From the sequence record PQ615101: a DNA stretch of 64,000 nucleotides. One strand, 5' to 3'. The notes beneath the pieces were generated by a model. It worked only from the letters and a program-made list of their open reading frames with translations, had not been told where the DNA came from and searched no databases. Position numbers and translations under genes: made by a program. The stretch is from Shigella phage SP21535. Positions 38,793-48,561 of the stretch are shown piece after piece (position 1 is the stretch's first letter; each line of letters begins with the position of its first letter).

Positions 38793-39058
38793 AATTAATT
38801 AATATTTCTATTGCTATTGAAAATTTTGGTATTTTCTATGTTGACCAATATATGAAAATTTCATTTTTCCCAAATAAGACTGGTGTTGGATATTGGGAAA
38901 GCCATGTTTCTGAATTAAATGAAAGTAAATATTCTAACACCCATAAAAAGTTTTTAGACTTTTTATATCGTGCTGATATTAATGATCATTATATAGATAT
39001 TCATGAATTTAAAAAGATGATGGAGAAAGTATTCCAAGCATACTGTTTACTTAGATAA
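38789..39058 (+). CDS. hypothetical protein
   Basis: 89 aa ORF. Confidence 0.5.
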   Translation: MKLINISIAIENFGIFYVDQYMKISFFPNKTGVGYWESHVSELNESKYSNTHKKFLDFLYRADINDHYIDIHEFKKMMEKVFQAYCLLR

Positions 39059-39136
39059 CTGATATCCTCTATGCTTTAAGATAGATCTTCAAATATTATG
39101 ATATAATAGATCTATGAATTGAGCTAAGAGGTGAAA

Positions 39137-39694
39137 ATGTCAGAAACTAAGCCTAAATATAATTACGTAAACAATAAAGAGCTTTTACAAGCTATTATTG
39201 ATTGGAAAACAGAATTAGCAAATAATAAAGACCCAAATAAAGTAGTTCGTCAGAATGATACTATCGGATTAGCCATTATGCTTATTGCAGAAGGCTTATC
39301 TAAACGTTTCAACTTTTCAGGATACACCCAGTCTTGGAAACAAGAAATGATTGCAGATGGTATAGAAGCTTCTATTAAGGGGCTTCATAATTTTGATGAA
39401 ACGAAATATAAAAACCCACATGCGTATATAACTCAAGCTTGTTTTAATGCATTCGTCCAGCGTATTAAAAAAGAACGTAAGGAAGTTGCAAAGAAATATA
39501 GTTACTTCGTTCACAATGTCTATGACAGCCGTGACGACGATATGGTTGCGTTAGTAGATGAAACTTTTATTCAAGACATCTACGATAAAATGACGCATTA
39601 CGAAGAATCAACCTATAGAACACCGGGGGCTGAAAAGAAAAGTGTTGTAGACGATTCTCCTAGTTTGGATTTTTTATATGAGGCTAACGATTAA
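39137..39694 (+). CDS. 55: late-transcription sigma factor gp55
   Basis: Track ORF 39131..39694 (GTG); ATG 39137 gives 185 aa as in T4 gp55. Confidence 0.85.
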
Positions 39695-39896
39695 CCTCTC
39701 CGGATTCTTGGAAGAAATACCTGAAGTTGAAGCTATTCCCTATTTACTTAAAATGTATCTCAGGGAAGTTTTAGCTCTTGACATTGATATTGATCCAGAA
39801 AATCCGTATGATACCGCTTTTAAATCTAATGGTGTAGAATTAAACTATCGGTATCATTTAACAGATGATGATTTTTATTTTATATTAGAGAAATAA
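39678..39896 (+). CDS. hypothetical protein
   Basis: 72 aa ORF overlapping the end of gene 55. Confidence 0.45.
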
Positions 39897-39897
39897 T

Positions 39898-40215
39898 ATG
39901 ACTGATAAACCCGAAATTAATGATGAAGTGGAAAAGCTTATTTCTTCTATTGAAGAAAAGAACCGTCTTGAAGCAGAAAGAAAAGCAAATAAGTTATTGT
40001 CTAAAAACAAACGCGAACTGAATCGTCTTTATAAGCATGCTCAGATTGCGGCTGAAAATAATAATTTTGCTCAATACGAATATGCTATCAAGAAAAGTCG
40101 GGATATTCTAAAACAGCCATATAACGATGAACTCATCAGTATTCTTTGGAAGACTACTAGATCGCAAATTGAGGATATGATTGATGCTTACACACGTAAA
40201 ATTCAAGCGTCTTAA
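39898..40215 (+). CDS. hypothetical protein
   Basis: 105 aa ORF. Confidence 0.5.
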   Translation: MTDKPEINDEVEKLISSIEEKNRLEAERKANKLLSKNKRELNRLYKHAQIAAENNNFAQYEYAIKKSRDILKQPYNDELISILWKTTRSQIEDMIDAYTRKIQAS

Positions 40216-40387
40216 AATTAATGCAGGATTTACTGAATCTTTGAATGGTCATCTTTGTGTGAAAATTTCTGAAAAAGAATACCATGATAGTTCAATTAAA
40301 GAAGTTAATCCTCCTATTGTAAGAGCAGACCCTAATATGAAAGTGTGGGTTGATTCTTATCAAGTCAAAAAATGGTGGCAACTGTGA
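40184..40387 (+). CDS. hypothetical protein
   Basis: Track ORF 40181..40387 (TTG); ATG 40184. Confidence 0.45.
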   Translation: MLTHVKFKRLKINAGFTESLNGHLCVKISEKEYHDSSIKEVNPPIVRADPNMKVWVDSYQVKKWWQL

Positions 40388-40390
40388 AAG

Positions 40391-40561
40391 ATGAACACCC
40401 AGACTTCTGAAAATTTCGATAAAATCCGTAAAGGCAAAGCAGAAAGAATGAGACGTTTTAAAGAGTCTTATGATAAAGCTAAAGCCGAAGGAACTATTAC
40501 GTACAAGCCCATTCGATTTAAAAGTTCAAATGAGCCTCTGTATGACGTATTATGTGGATAG
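40391..40561 (+). CDS. small basic protein
   Basis: 56 aa by manual translation (MNTQTSENFDKIRKGKAERMRRF..), ends at hairpin GGAGC-TTCG-GCTCC. Confidence 0.4.
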   Translation: MNTQTSENFDKIRKGKAERMRRFKESYDKAKAEGTITYKPIRFKSSNEPLYDVLCG

Positions 40562-40627
40562 GAGCTTCGGCTCCTATATTGCTTTATAAATTTTTGGTAA
40601 AATAAACCAAAACAAAGAGGATATTAA

Positions 40628-41830
40628 ATGAAAGTATGTATTTTTATGGCTCGAGGTCTTGAAGGTTGTGGTGTAACAAAATTCTCACTCGAGCAACGTG
40701 ATTGGTTTATTAAAAATGGTCATGAAGTGACTTTGGTTTATGCTAAAGATAAATCATTTACTCGTAATTGCGCGCATGATTATAAATCATTTTCAATTCC
40801 AGTTTTATTGGCAAAAGAATACGATAAAACACTTAAGCTGGTAAATGATTGTGATATTCTAATTATCAATTCAGTTCCTGCTACTTCGGTTGAAGAAGAC
40901 ACTATTAATAACTATAAAAAAATTATTGATAACATTAAACCTTCTGTTCGTGTTGTAGTTTATCAACATGACCATTCTTCTCTTTCTTTACGCCGAAATT
41001 TGGGATTAGAAGAAACTGTTCGTCGAGCTGATGTTATTTTTAGTCATTCTGACAATGGTGATTTTAATAAAGTTTTAATGAAAGAATGGTATCCAGAAAC
41101 AGTTTCTCTGTTTGATGATATTGAAGAAGCACCGACAGTATATAACTTTCAGCCTCCTATGGATATTGCGAAGGTTCGATCAACCTACTGGAAAGATGTT
41201 TCTGAAATTAACATGAATATCAACCGTTGGATTGGTCGTACGACTACATGGAAAGGCTTTTATCAGATGTTTGATTTTCATGAAAAACATCTTAAACCTG
41301 CAGGACTAAGTACTATTATGGAAGGTCTGGAACGTTCTCCAGCGTTCATTCCTATTAAAGAAAAAGGAATTCCATACGAGTATTATCGTCTTCATCAAGT
41401 AGACCAAATTAAAATTGCTCCTAATTTGCCAACGCAAATTCTCGACCGTTATGTAAATAGCGAAATGCTTGAACGCATGAGTAAATCCGGATTTGGTTAT
41501 CAGCTGAGTAAATTAGATAAAAAATATCTACAACGTTCTTTAGAATATACTCATCTCGAGCTTGGTGCATGCGGAACAATTCCAGTATTTTGGAAATCTA
41601 CGGGCGAAAATTTGAAATTCCGTGTTGATAACACTCCGTTAATTTCTCATGATAGCGGTATCGTTTGGTTTGATGAAAATGACATGGAATCAACATTTGA
41701 ACGTATTAAAGAACTGTCATCTGACCGAGCTCTTTATGACCGTGAACGCGAAAAAGCTTATGAATTTTTGTATCAGCATCAAGATTCAAGCTTCTGCTTT
41801 AAAGAACAGTTTGACATTATTACAAAATAA
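40628..41830 (+). CDS. agt: DNA alpha-glucosyltransferase
   Basis: 400 aa, same length and position as T4 alpha-gt. Confidence 0.85.
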   Translation: MKVCIFMARGLEGCGVTKFSLEQRDWFIKNGHEVTLVYAKDKSFTRNCAHDYKSFSIPVLLAKEYDKTLKLVNDCDILIINSVPATSVEEDTINNYKKIIDNIKPSVRVVVYQHDHSSLSLRRNLGLEETVRRADVIFSHSDNGDFNKVLMKEWYPETVSLFDDIEEAPTVYNFQPPMDIAKVRSTYWKDVSEINMNINRWIGRTTTWKGFYQMFDFHEKHLKPAGLSTIMEGLERSPAFIPIKEKGIPYEYYRLHQVDQIKIAPNLPTQILDRYVNSEMLERMSKSGFGYQLSKLDKKYLQRSLEYTHLELGACGTIPVFWKSTGENLKFRVDNTPLISHDSGIVWFDENDMESTFERIKELSSDRALYDREREKAYEFLYQHQDSSFCFKEQFDIITK

Positions 41831-41846
41831 AGGGCTTCGGCCCTTT
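41830..41846 (+). terminator. UUCG hairpin terminator
   Basis: AAGGGC-TTCG-GCCCTT directly after the a-gt stop. Confidence 0.7.
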
Positions 41847-41869
41847 AGCTTTATACGGAGTTTGATATA

Positions 41870-42010
41870 ATGATATTTCTTGGATATGTGATACTTTTTC
41901 TTGCATTTTATCTATTCACTAGAGCATGCTGGATTGGGTTCTTTAGCACTTCAGATGGATTTATTTCAATAATTTTATTTTGCATTTCAATGACGGTTCT
42001 TGATATATGA
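41870..42010 (+). CDS. small hydrophobic peptide
   Basis: 46 aa by manual translation (MIFLGYVILFLAFYLF..), stop overlaps gene 47 ATG. Confidence 0.4.
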   Translation: MIFLGYVILFLAFYLFTRACWIGFFSTSDGFISIILFCISMTVLDI

Positions 42011-43026
42011 AAATTTTAAATTTAGGTGATTGGCATTTAGGCGTTAAAGCTGATGATGAATGGATTCGCGGTATTCAAATTGATGGAATTAAACAAGCAA
42101 TAGAATATTCTAAGAAAAATGGAATTACTACCTGGATTCAATACGGTGATATTTTTGATGTACGAAAAGCGATCACGCATAAAACTATGGAGTTTGCTCG
42201 TGAAATAGTTCAAATGCTTGATGACGTTGGAATCACATTACATACTATTGTAGGAAATCACGATCTCCACTATAAAAATGTAATGCATCCAAATGCCTCT
42301 ACTGAGCTTTTGGCTAAATATCCTAATGTTAAAGTATATGATAAGCCTACTACAGTAGATTTTGACGGATGTTTGATTGATTTAATTCCTTGGATGTGCG
42401 AAGAAAATACTGGTGAAATTCTTGAACACATCAAAACTTCATCTGCTTCTTTTTGTGTTGGTCACTGGGAGTTGAATGGATTTTATTTTTATAAAGGAAT
42501 GAAATCTCACGGTCTTGAACCTGATTTCCTTAAGACTTATAAAGAGGTGTGGTCTGGTCACTTCCATACTATCTCTGAGGCTGCTAACGTCAGATATATT
42601 GGGACACCATGGACACTAACTGCAGGTGACGAGAATGACCCTCGCGGGTTCTGGATGTTTGATACAGAAACAGAACGAATGGAATTTATTCCAAACAACA
42701 CTACCTGGCATCGTCGAATTCAATATCCATTTAAGGGAAAAATTGACTATAAAGATTTTACAAATCTGTCAGTACGTGTTATAGTAACTGAGGTAGACAA
42801 AAATCTGACGAAGTTCGAATCTGAACTAGAAAAAGTTGTGCATTCATTACGAGTTGTGTCAAAGATTGATAACTCTGTCGAGTCAGATGATAGTGAAGAA
42901 GTTGAAGTTCAATCTCTTCAGACGTTGATGGAAGAATACATTAATGCAATTCCAGACATCACTGATTCTGATCGCGAAGCACTTATTCAATATGCAAATC
43001 AGTTATATGTAGAGGCAACACAATGA
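42007..43026 (+). CDS. 47: recombination nuclease subunit gp47 (SbcD/Mre11-like)
   Basis: 339 aa as T4 gp47; phosphoesterase motifs GDWH, GNHD. Confidence 0.9.
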   Translation: MKILNLGDWHLGVKADDEWIRGIQIDGIKQAIEYSKKNGITTWIQYGDIFDVRKAITHKTMEFAREIVQMLDDVGITLHTIVGNHDLHYKNVMHPNASTELLAKYPNVKVYDKPTTVDFDGCLIDLIPWMCEENTGEILEHIKTSSASFCVGHWELNGFYFYKGMKSHGLEPDFLKTYKEVWSGHFHTISEAANVRYIGTPWTLTAGDENDPRGFWMFDTETERMEFIPNNTTWHRRIQYPFKGKIDYKDFTNLSVRVIVTEVDKNLTKFESELEKVVHSLRVVSKIDNSVESDDSEEVEVQSLQTLMEEYINAIPDITDSDREALIQYANQLYVEATQ

Positions 43027-43286
43027 CTTTTGATGAATTTAAAAATGTTATGATGAGTCAGCATTTTGAATGTGAAGTAAAAGATGATATTGGGCATAAA
43101 GAAATTATTGAATATTGGTTTGAACCCCTAGAGGTTGAAGATAATTGTATTAAAAAGGTTACGGTATGCACTGACTGGGCTGTATCTTTTAACTTCAACA
43201 TTTTAGATAATGACACGCCTAAATCATTGCGAGATATGGCTGTATCTTGTATTAAGGATGCATACTGTGAAGTTTTCGACATTTGA
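43023..43286 (+). CDS. hypothetical protein
   Basis: 87 aa ORF between 47 and 46. Confidence 0.5.
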   Translation: MTFDEFKNVMMSQHFECEVKDDIGHKEIIEYWFEPLEVEDNCIKKVTVCTDWAVSFNFNILDNDTPKSLRDMAVSCIKDAYCEVFDI

Positions 43287-43473
43287 CATTAACGATGAAT
43301 TCATAGCAAATATTGATTACACCGAAGAAGATTCTAGATATGTTGGAATAATTTATATCACATCAAAAGCAGCGCAAGGTGTTGTTTGCATGGCTGAATT
43401 TGATGAATACTTTTTAGATTATGATGATATGATAGAATGGTCTAAAAGATACATTAAAAGGAATCTTTTGTGA
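43261..43473 (+). CDS. hypothetical protein
   Basis: Track ORF 43210..43473; internal ATG 43261. Confidence 0.45.
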   Translation, partial: HTVKFSTFDINDEFIANIDYTEEDSRYVGIIYITSKAAQGVVCMAEFDEYFLDYDDMIEWSKRYIKRNLL

Positions 43474-45152
43474 AGAATTTTAAACTTAATAGAGTAAAAT
43501 ATAAAAATATAATGTCAGTTGGTCAAAATGGGATTGACATTCAATTAGATAAGGTTCAAAAAACTCTTATTACTGGACGAAATGGCGGTGGTAAGTCTAC
43601 TATGTTAGAAGCCATCACATTCGGGCTTTTTGGCAAGCCATTCCGTGATGTAAAGAAAGGTCAATTAATAAACAGCACAAATAAGAAAGAACTTTTAGTT
43701 GAACTGTGGATGGAATATGATGAGAAAAAGTACTATATCAAAAGAGGACAAAAACCAAACGTTTTCGAAATCACCGTTAACGGTACACGTCTTAATGAAT
43801 CTGCCAGCAGTAAAGATTTCCAAGCAGAATTTGAACAGCTTATCGGAATGTCATATGCCAGTTTCAAGCAGATTGTTGTCCTTGGTACAGCAGGGTATAC
43901 CCCTTTCATGGGCCTGTCGACCCCTGCGCGAAGAAAGCTTGTGGAAGACCTGCTCGAAGTAGGAACATTAGCTGAAATGGATAAGCTTAATAAAGCACTA
44001 ATACGTGAATTAAATTCGCAGAACCAAGTGCTTGATGTTAAAAAAGATAGTATTATCCAACAAATTAAAATATATAATGATAACGTTGAACGCCAGAAAA
44101 AATTAACTGGTGACAACCTTACTCGTCTACAAAATATGTATGATGATTTGGCAAAAGAAGCTAGAACGCTAAAATCGGAAATAGAAGAAGCTAATGAAAG
44201 ATTAGTTAATATTGTTTTAGACGAAGACCCGACTGATGCATTTAATAAAATCGGTCAAGAAGCAGTTTTAATTAAATCAAAAATTGACTCGTATAATAAA
44301 GTCATTAATATGTATCACGAAGGTGGATTATGTCCAACCTGCTTGTCACAATTAAGTTCCGGTGATAAAGTTGTTTCTAAAATTAAAGATAAAGTTTCTG
44401 AATGTACGCATTCGTTTGAACAGCTTTCAACACATCGTGATAATTTAAAAGTTCTTGTTGATGAATACCGAGATAATATTAAAACCCAACAGTCGTTGGC
44501 AAATGATATTCGCAATAAAAAGCAATCTCTAATCACGACGGTAGATAAAGCCAAAAAAGTTAAAGCAGCTATAGAAAAAGCATCTTCTGAGTTTATTGAC
44601 CATGCTGATGAAATAGCACTGCTTCAAGAAGAACTTGATAAAATTGTTAAGACAAAAACTAATTTAGTAATGGAAAAATACCACCGAGGAATTTTGACTG
44701 ATATGCTCAAAGATTCTGGTATTAAAGGTGCTATTATTAAAAAGTACATTCCATTATTTAATAAGCAGATTAACCATTATCTTAAAATAATGGAAGCGGA
44801 TTATGTGTTTACATTAGATGAAGAATTTAATGAGACAATTAAATCCCGTGGTCGTGAAGATTTTAGTTATGCTTCATTTAGTGAAGGTGAAAAAGCACGA
44901 ATTGATATTGCTCTTTTATTTACTTGGCGTGATATTGCTTCTATCGTATCTGGTGTTAGTATTAGTACATTAATTCTTGATGAAGTGTTTGATGGGTCAT
45001 TTGATGCCGAAGGTATTAAAGGCGTAGCTAATATTATAAATTCAATGAAAAATACTAATGTTTTTATAATTTCGCATAAAGACCATGACCCGCAAGAATA
45101 TGGTCAGCATCTTCAAATGAAGAAAGTTGGTCGGTTTACTGTAATGGTTTAA
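43470..45152 (+). CDS. 46: recombination ATPase subunit gp46 (SbcC/Rad50-like)
   Basis: 560 aa as T4 gp46; GTG start overlapping upstream stop; Walker A GRNGGGKST; CxxC zinc hook. Confidence 0.9.
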   Translation: MKNFKLNRVKYKNIMSVGQNGIDIQLDKVQKTLITGRNGGGKSTMLEAITFGLFGKPFRDVKKGQLINSTNKKELLVELWMEYDEKKYYIKRGQKPNVFEITVNGTRLNESASSKDFQAEFEQLIGMSYASFKQIVVLGTAGYTPFMGLSTPARRKLVEDLLEVGTLAEMDKLNKALIRELNSQNQVLDVKKDSIIQQIKIYNDNVERQKKLTGDNLTRLQNMYDDLAKEARTLKSEIEEANERLVNIVLDEDPTDAFNKIGQEAVLIKSKIDSYNKVINMYHEGGLCPTCLSQLSSGDKVVSKIKDKVSECTHSFEQLSTHRDNLKVLVDEYRDNIKTQQSLANDIRNKKQSLITTVDKAKKVKAAIEKASSEFIDHADEIALLQEELDKIVKTKTNLVMEKYHRGILTDMLKDSGIKGAIIKKYIPLFNKQINHYLKIMEADYVFTLDEEFNETIKSRGREDFSYASFSEGEKARIDIALLFTWRDIASIVSGVSISTLILDEVFDGSFDAEGIKGVANIINSMKNTNVFIISHKDHDPQEYGQHLQMKKVGRFTVMV

Positions 45153-45207
45153 TTTATAAGAGATTATGCTTTAATTTATTAGAGTATAATCTCTATGGAG
45201 GAAAAAC

Positions 45208-45396
45208 ATGGAATATTCAACTGGACAGCATCTATTAACTATTCCTGAAATAAAACGATATATTCTGAGAAATAATTTTTCTAATGAAGAGCATATAGTT
45301 ACTGAATCTATGCTTAAGAATGCATTTAAATCAGAATATACGAAAATAATGTCCAACAGAAATGAAGCTTGGACTGTTACTGATTATTATGACTAA
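45208..45396 (+). CDS. hypothetical protein
   Basis: 62 aa ORF behind GGAGG SD. Confidence 0.5.
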   Translation: MEYSTGQHLLTIPEIKRYILRNNFSNEEHIVTESMLKNAFKSEYTKIMSNRNEAWTVTDYYD

Positions 45397-45405
45397 AGGT
45401 GTATT

Positions 45406-45795
45406 ATGACTAAAATTACTGTGAATTATACTGTTGATGTAAAAGATATTCAGCCAAAACACGTGCGTTCTGATTCAAATCCACAAAACCAAAATAAAAT
45501 TCGTCGAGCATGGGTTTTGTCTCTTTCTGATAACGCAATGGAAGTTATTCAGAACAAAATTAAATCTGCACCTGCTCGTCATGTGTATTATGAAGCTATC
45601 GATCGTGAAGTAAGTAATAAATGGATTGAACTAATGCGCAAACATACTACAGAATCCCTAAACGCCGGTGCTAAATTTATTATGACTTCATGTGGTGAAC
45701 GCCTTGAAGATGAATATTGCGGTAATGCAGATGAACGTCTAATTGTTGCTGCTCAACTTGTTGCGGAAACAATTGCGGCTGATTTTAATCGTTAA
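45406..45795 (+). CDS. rpbA: RNA polymerase binding protein RpbA
   Basis: 129 aa, same length and position as T4 RpbA. Confidence 0.75.
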   Translation: MTKITVNYTVDVKDIQPKHVRSDSNPQNQNKIRRAWVLSLSDNAMEVIQNKIKSAPARHVYYEAIDREVSNKWIELMRKHTTESLNAGAKFIMTSCGERLEDEYCGNADERLIVAAQLVAETIAADFNR

Positions 45796-45850
45796 TTGCT
45801 TTATTAAATTAGTTATAAAATTAAATCTCATTTGAATTGAAGGAAATTAC

Positions 45851-46537
45851 ATGAAACTGTCTAAAGATACGCTGAATATTTTGAAAAATTTCGCTACTAT
45901 TAACTCCGGTATTATGCTTAAATCTGGTCAATTTATTATGACTCGCGCGGTTAATGGTACCACTTATGCGGAAGCAAATATTTCTGACGTTATTGATTTT
46001 GATGTAGCGATTTACGATTTGAACGGTTTTCTCGGTATTCTGTCTCTAGTTAATGATGATGCAGAAATTTCCCAGTCAGAAGATGGTAATATTAAAATTG
46101 CTGATGCTCGCTCAACAATTTTTTGGCCAGCAGCCGATCCGAGTACAGTAGTTGCTCCTAATAAACCAATTCCATTCCCGGTAGCATCTGTTGTTACTGA
46201 AATTAAAGCTGAAGACCTTCAACAGCTGTTGCGTGTATCTCGTGGTCTGCAGATTGATACAATTGCTATCACAGTAAAAGAAGGTAAAATCGTAATTAAT
46301 GGTTTTAATAAAGTGGAAGATTCTGCTTTGACTCGTGTTAAATATTCTTTGACTCTTGGTGATTATGATGGTGAAAATACATTTAATTTCATTATCAATA
46401 TGGCAAATATGAAAATGCAACCAGGAAATTATAAACTTCTGCTCTGGGCAAAAGGTAAACAAGGTGCTGCTAAATTTGAAGGTGAACACGCGAATTATGT
46501 AGTAGCTCTTGAAGCTGATTCTACCCACGATTTTTAA
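45851..46537 (+). CDS. 45: sliding clamp gp45
   Basis: 228 aa as T4 gp45. Confidence 0.9.
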   Translation: MKLSKDTLNILKNFATINSGIMLKSGQFIMTRAVNGTTYAEANISDVIDFDVAIYDLNGFLGILSLVNDDAEISQSEDGNIKIADARSTIFWPAADPSTVVAPNKPIPFPVASVVTEIKAEDLQQLLRVSRGLQIDTIAITVKEGKIVINGFNKVEDSALTRVKYSLTLGDYDGENTFNFIINMANMKMQPGNYKLLLWAKGKQGAAKFEGEHANYVVALEADSTHDF

Positions 46538-46540
46538 TAG

Positions 46541-46556
46541 AGGGCTTCGGCCCTTT
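46541..46556 (+). terminator. UUCG hairpin
   Basis: AGGGC-TTCG-GCCCT after gene 45 stop. Confidence 0.6.
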
Positions 46557-46588
46557 ATAATTTACACTAAAACTTGAATGAGGAAATT

Positions 46589-47548
46589 ATGATTACTGTA
46601 AATGAAAAAGAACACATTCTTGAACAGAAATATCGTCCATCTACTATCGATGAATGTATTCTTCCCGCCTTTGATAAAGAAACCTTTAAATCTATTACAA
46701 GTAAAGGTAAAATTCCACATATTATTCTTCATTCTCCTTCTCCAGGAACAGGTAAAACAACCGTAGCAAAAGCATTATGTCATGATGTAAATGCTGATAT
46801 GATGTTTGTGAATGGGTCAGATTGTAAAATTGATTTCGTTCGCGGTCCTTTGACTAATTTTGCTAGTGCAGCTTCATTTGATGGTCGTCAAAAAGTAATT
46901 GTTATTGATGAATTTGACCGTTCAGGGTTAGCAGAGTCTCAGCGACATCTTCGTTCCTTTATGGAAGCTTATAGTTCAAACTGTAGTATTATTATTACTG
47001 CTAACAATATTGATGGTATTATTAAACCGCTTCAGTCACGCTGCCGAGTTATTACGTTCGGTCAACCGACCGATGAAGATAAAATTGAAATGATGAAGCA
47101 GATGATTCGTCGATTGACTGAAATCTGTAAGCATGAAGGAATTGCTATAGCTGATATGAAAGTTGTAGCAGCTTTGGTTAAAAAGAATTTTCCTGATTTT
47201 CGTAAAACTATTGGCGAGCTCGATAGTTATTCATCTAAAGGTGTTTTGGATGCTGGTATTTTATCACTGGTTACTAACGATCGTGGTGCTATTGATGATG
47301 TTCTTGAGTCTCTCAAAAATAAAGATGTTAAACAACTCAGAGCTTTAGCACCAAAATATGCGGCTGATTATTCGTGGTTCGTTGGTAAACTTGCCGAAGA
47401 AATTTATACACGCGTAACTCCACAAAGTATTATTCGTATGTATGAAATTGTTGGTGAAAATAACCAGTATCATGGAATTGCGGCTAATACGGAATTACAT
47501 TTAGCATATCTTTTCATTCAATTGGCATGTGAAATGCAGTGGAAGTGA
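46589..47548 (+). CDS. 44: clamp loader large subunit gp44
   Basis: Track ORF 46574..47548; ATG 46589 gives 319 aa as T4 gp44; Walker [11 protein letters not shown]. Confidence 0.9.
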   Translation: MITVNEKEHILEQKYRPSTIDECILPAFDKETFKSITSKGKIPHIILHSPSPGTGKTTVAKALCHDVNADMMFVNGSDCKIDFVRGPLTNFASAASFDGRQKVIVIDEFDRSGLAESQRHLRSFMEAYSSNCSIIITANNIDGIIKPLQSRCRVITFGQPTDEDKIEMMKQMIRRLTEICKHEGIAIADMKVVAALVKKNFPDFRKTIGELDSYSSKGVLDAGILSLVTNDRGAIDDVLESLKNKDVKQLRALAPKYAADYSWFVGKLAEEIYTRVTPQSIIRMYEIVGENNQYHGIAANTELHLAYLFIQLACEMQWK

Positions 47549-47549
47549 T

Positions 47550-48113
47550 ATGAGCTTATTTGAAGATGATATTCAATTAAACGAGCATCAAGTTGCTTGG
47601 TATTCTAAAGATTGGACAGCTGTCCAATCCGCTGCTGATTCTTTTAAAGAAAAAGCTGAAAATGAGTTTTTTGAAATAATTGGAGCTATTAATAATAAAA
47701 CTAAATGCTCTATTGCTCAAAAAGATTATTCAAAATACATGGTTGAGAATGCATTATCACAATTTCCTGAATGCATGCCAGCTGTATATGCTATGAATTT
47801 AATTGGATCAGGTTTAAGCGATGAAGCCCATTTTAATTATCTGATGGCTGCTGTTCCTCGGGGTAAAAGATATGGTAAATGGGCAAAACTGGTCGAAGAT
47901 TCTACCGAAGTATTGATTATTAAGTTACTTGCTAAGCGGTATCAAGTTAATACAAATGATGCAATTAACTATAAATCAATTCTTACTAAAAATGGAAAAC
48001 TTCCTTTAGTATTAAAAGAACTAAAAGGTTTAGTCACGGATGATTTTTTGAAAGAAGTGACTAAGAACGTAAAAGAACAGAAACAACTTAAAAAACTAGC
48101 ATTGGAATGGTAA
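47550..48113 (+). CDS. 62: clamp loader small subunit gp62
   Basis: Track ORF 47529..48113; ATG 47550 gives 187 aa as T4 gp62. Confidence 0.85.
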   Translation: MSLFEDDIQLNEHQVAWYSKDWTAVQSAADSFKEKAENEFFEIIGAINNKTKCSIAQKDYSKYMVENALSQFPECMPAVYAMNLIGSGLSDEAHFNYLMAAVPRGKRYGKWAKLVEDSTEVLIIKLLAKRYQVNTNDAINYKSILTKNGKLPLVLKELKGLVTDDFLKEVTKNVKEQKQLKKLALEW

Positions 48114-48114
48114 A

Positions 48115-48483
48115 ATGATTGAAATTACTCTTAAAAAACCTGAAGATTTTCTGAAAGTAAAAGAAACTTTGACTCGTATGGGAATTGCTAATAATAAAGA
48201 TAAAGTTCTGTATCAGTCCTGCCACATTCTTCAGAAAAAAGGACTATACTATATCGTTCATTTTAAAGAAATGCTTCGTATGGATGGTCGTCAAGTTGAA
48301 ATGACAGAAGAAGATGAAGTTCGTCGTGATTCGATTGCATGGCTGTTAGAAGATTGGGGACTGATTGAAATCGTTCCTGGTCAAAGAACTTTTATGAAAG
48401 ATTTAACTAATAACTTCCGAGTTATTTCTTTTAAACAAAAACACGAATGGAAACTCGTTCCTAAATATACGATTGGTAATTAA
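48115..48483 (+). CDS. regA: translational repressor RegA
   Basis: 122 aa as T4 RegA, between 62 and 43. Confidence 0.85.
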   Translation: MIEITLKKPEDFLKVKETLTRMGIANNKDKVLYQSCHILQKKGLYYIVHFKEMLRMDGRQVEMTEEDEVRRDSIAWLLEDWGLIEIVPGQRTFMKDLTNNFRVISFKQKHEWKLVPKYTIGN

Positions 48484-48485
48484 GC

Positions 48486-48503
48486 AAGGGGCTTCGGCCC
48501 CTT
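48486..48503 (+). terminator. UUCG hairpin
   Basis: AAGGGGC-TTCG-GCCCCTT after regA. Confidence 0.6.
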
Positions 48504-48561
48504 ATTTGGAGTATAATATATCAAGAGCCTAATAACTCGGGCTATAAACTAAGGAATATCT

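Noticed and set aside
43733-44116. Minus-strand ORFs lying entirely inside + strand genes (43733..44116 in gene 46, 46112..46528 in gene 45, 49666..49953 and 50143..50484 in gene 43, 9096..9443, 57671..57901 and similar)
   Set aside because: They are antisense to well-supported genes, lack SD sequences and have low-complexity or Cys/Phe-rich translations typical of AT-rich antisense frames.
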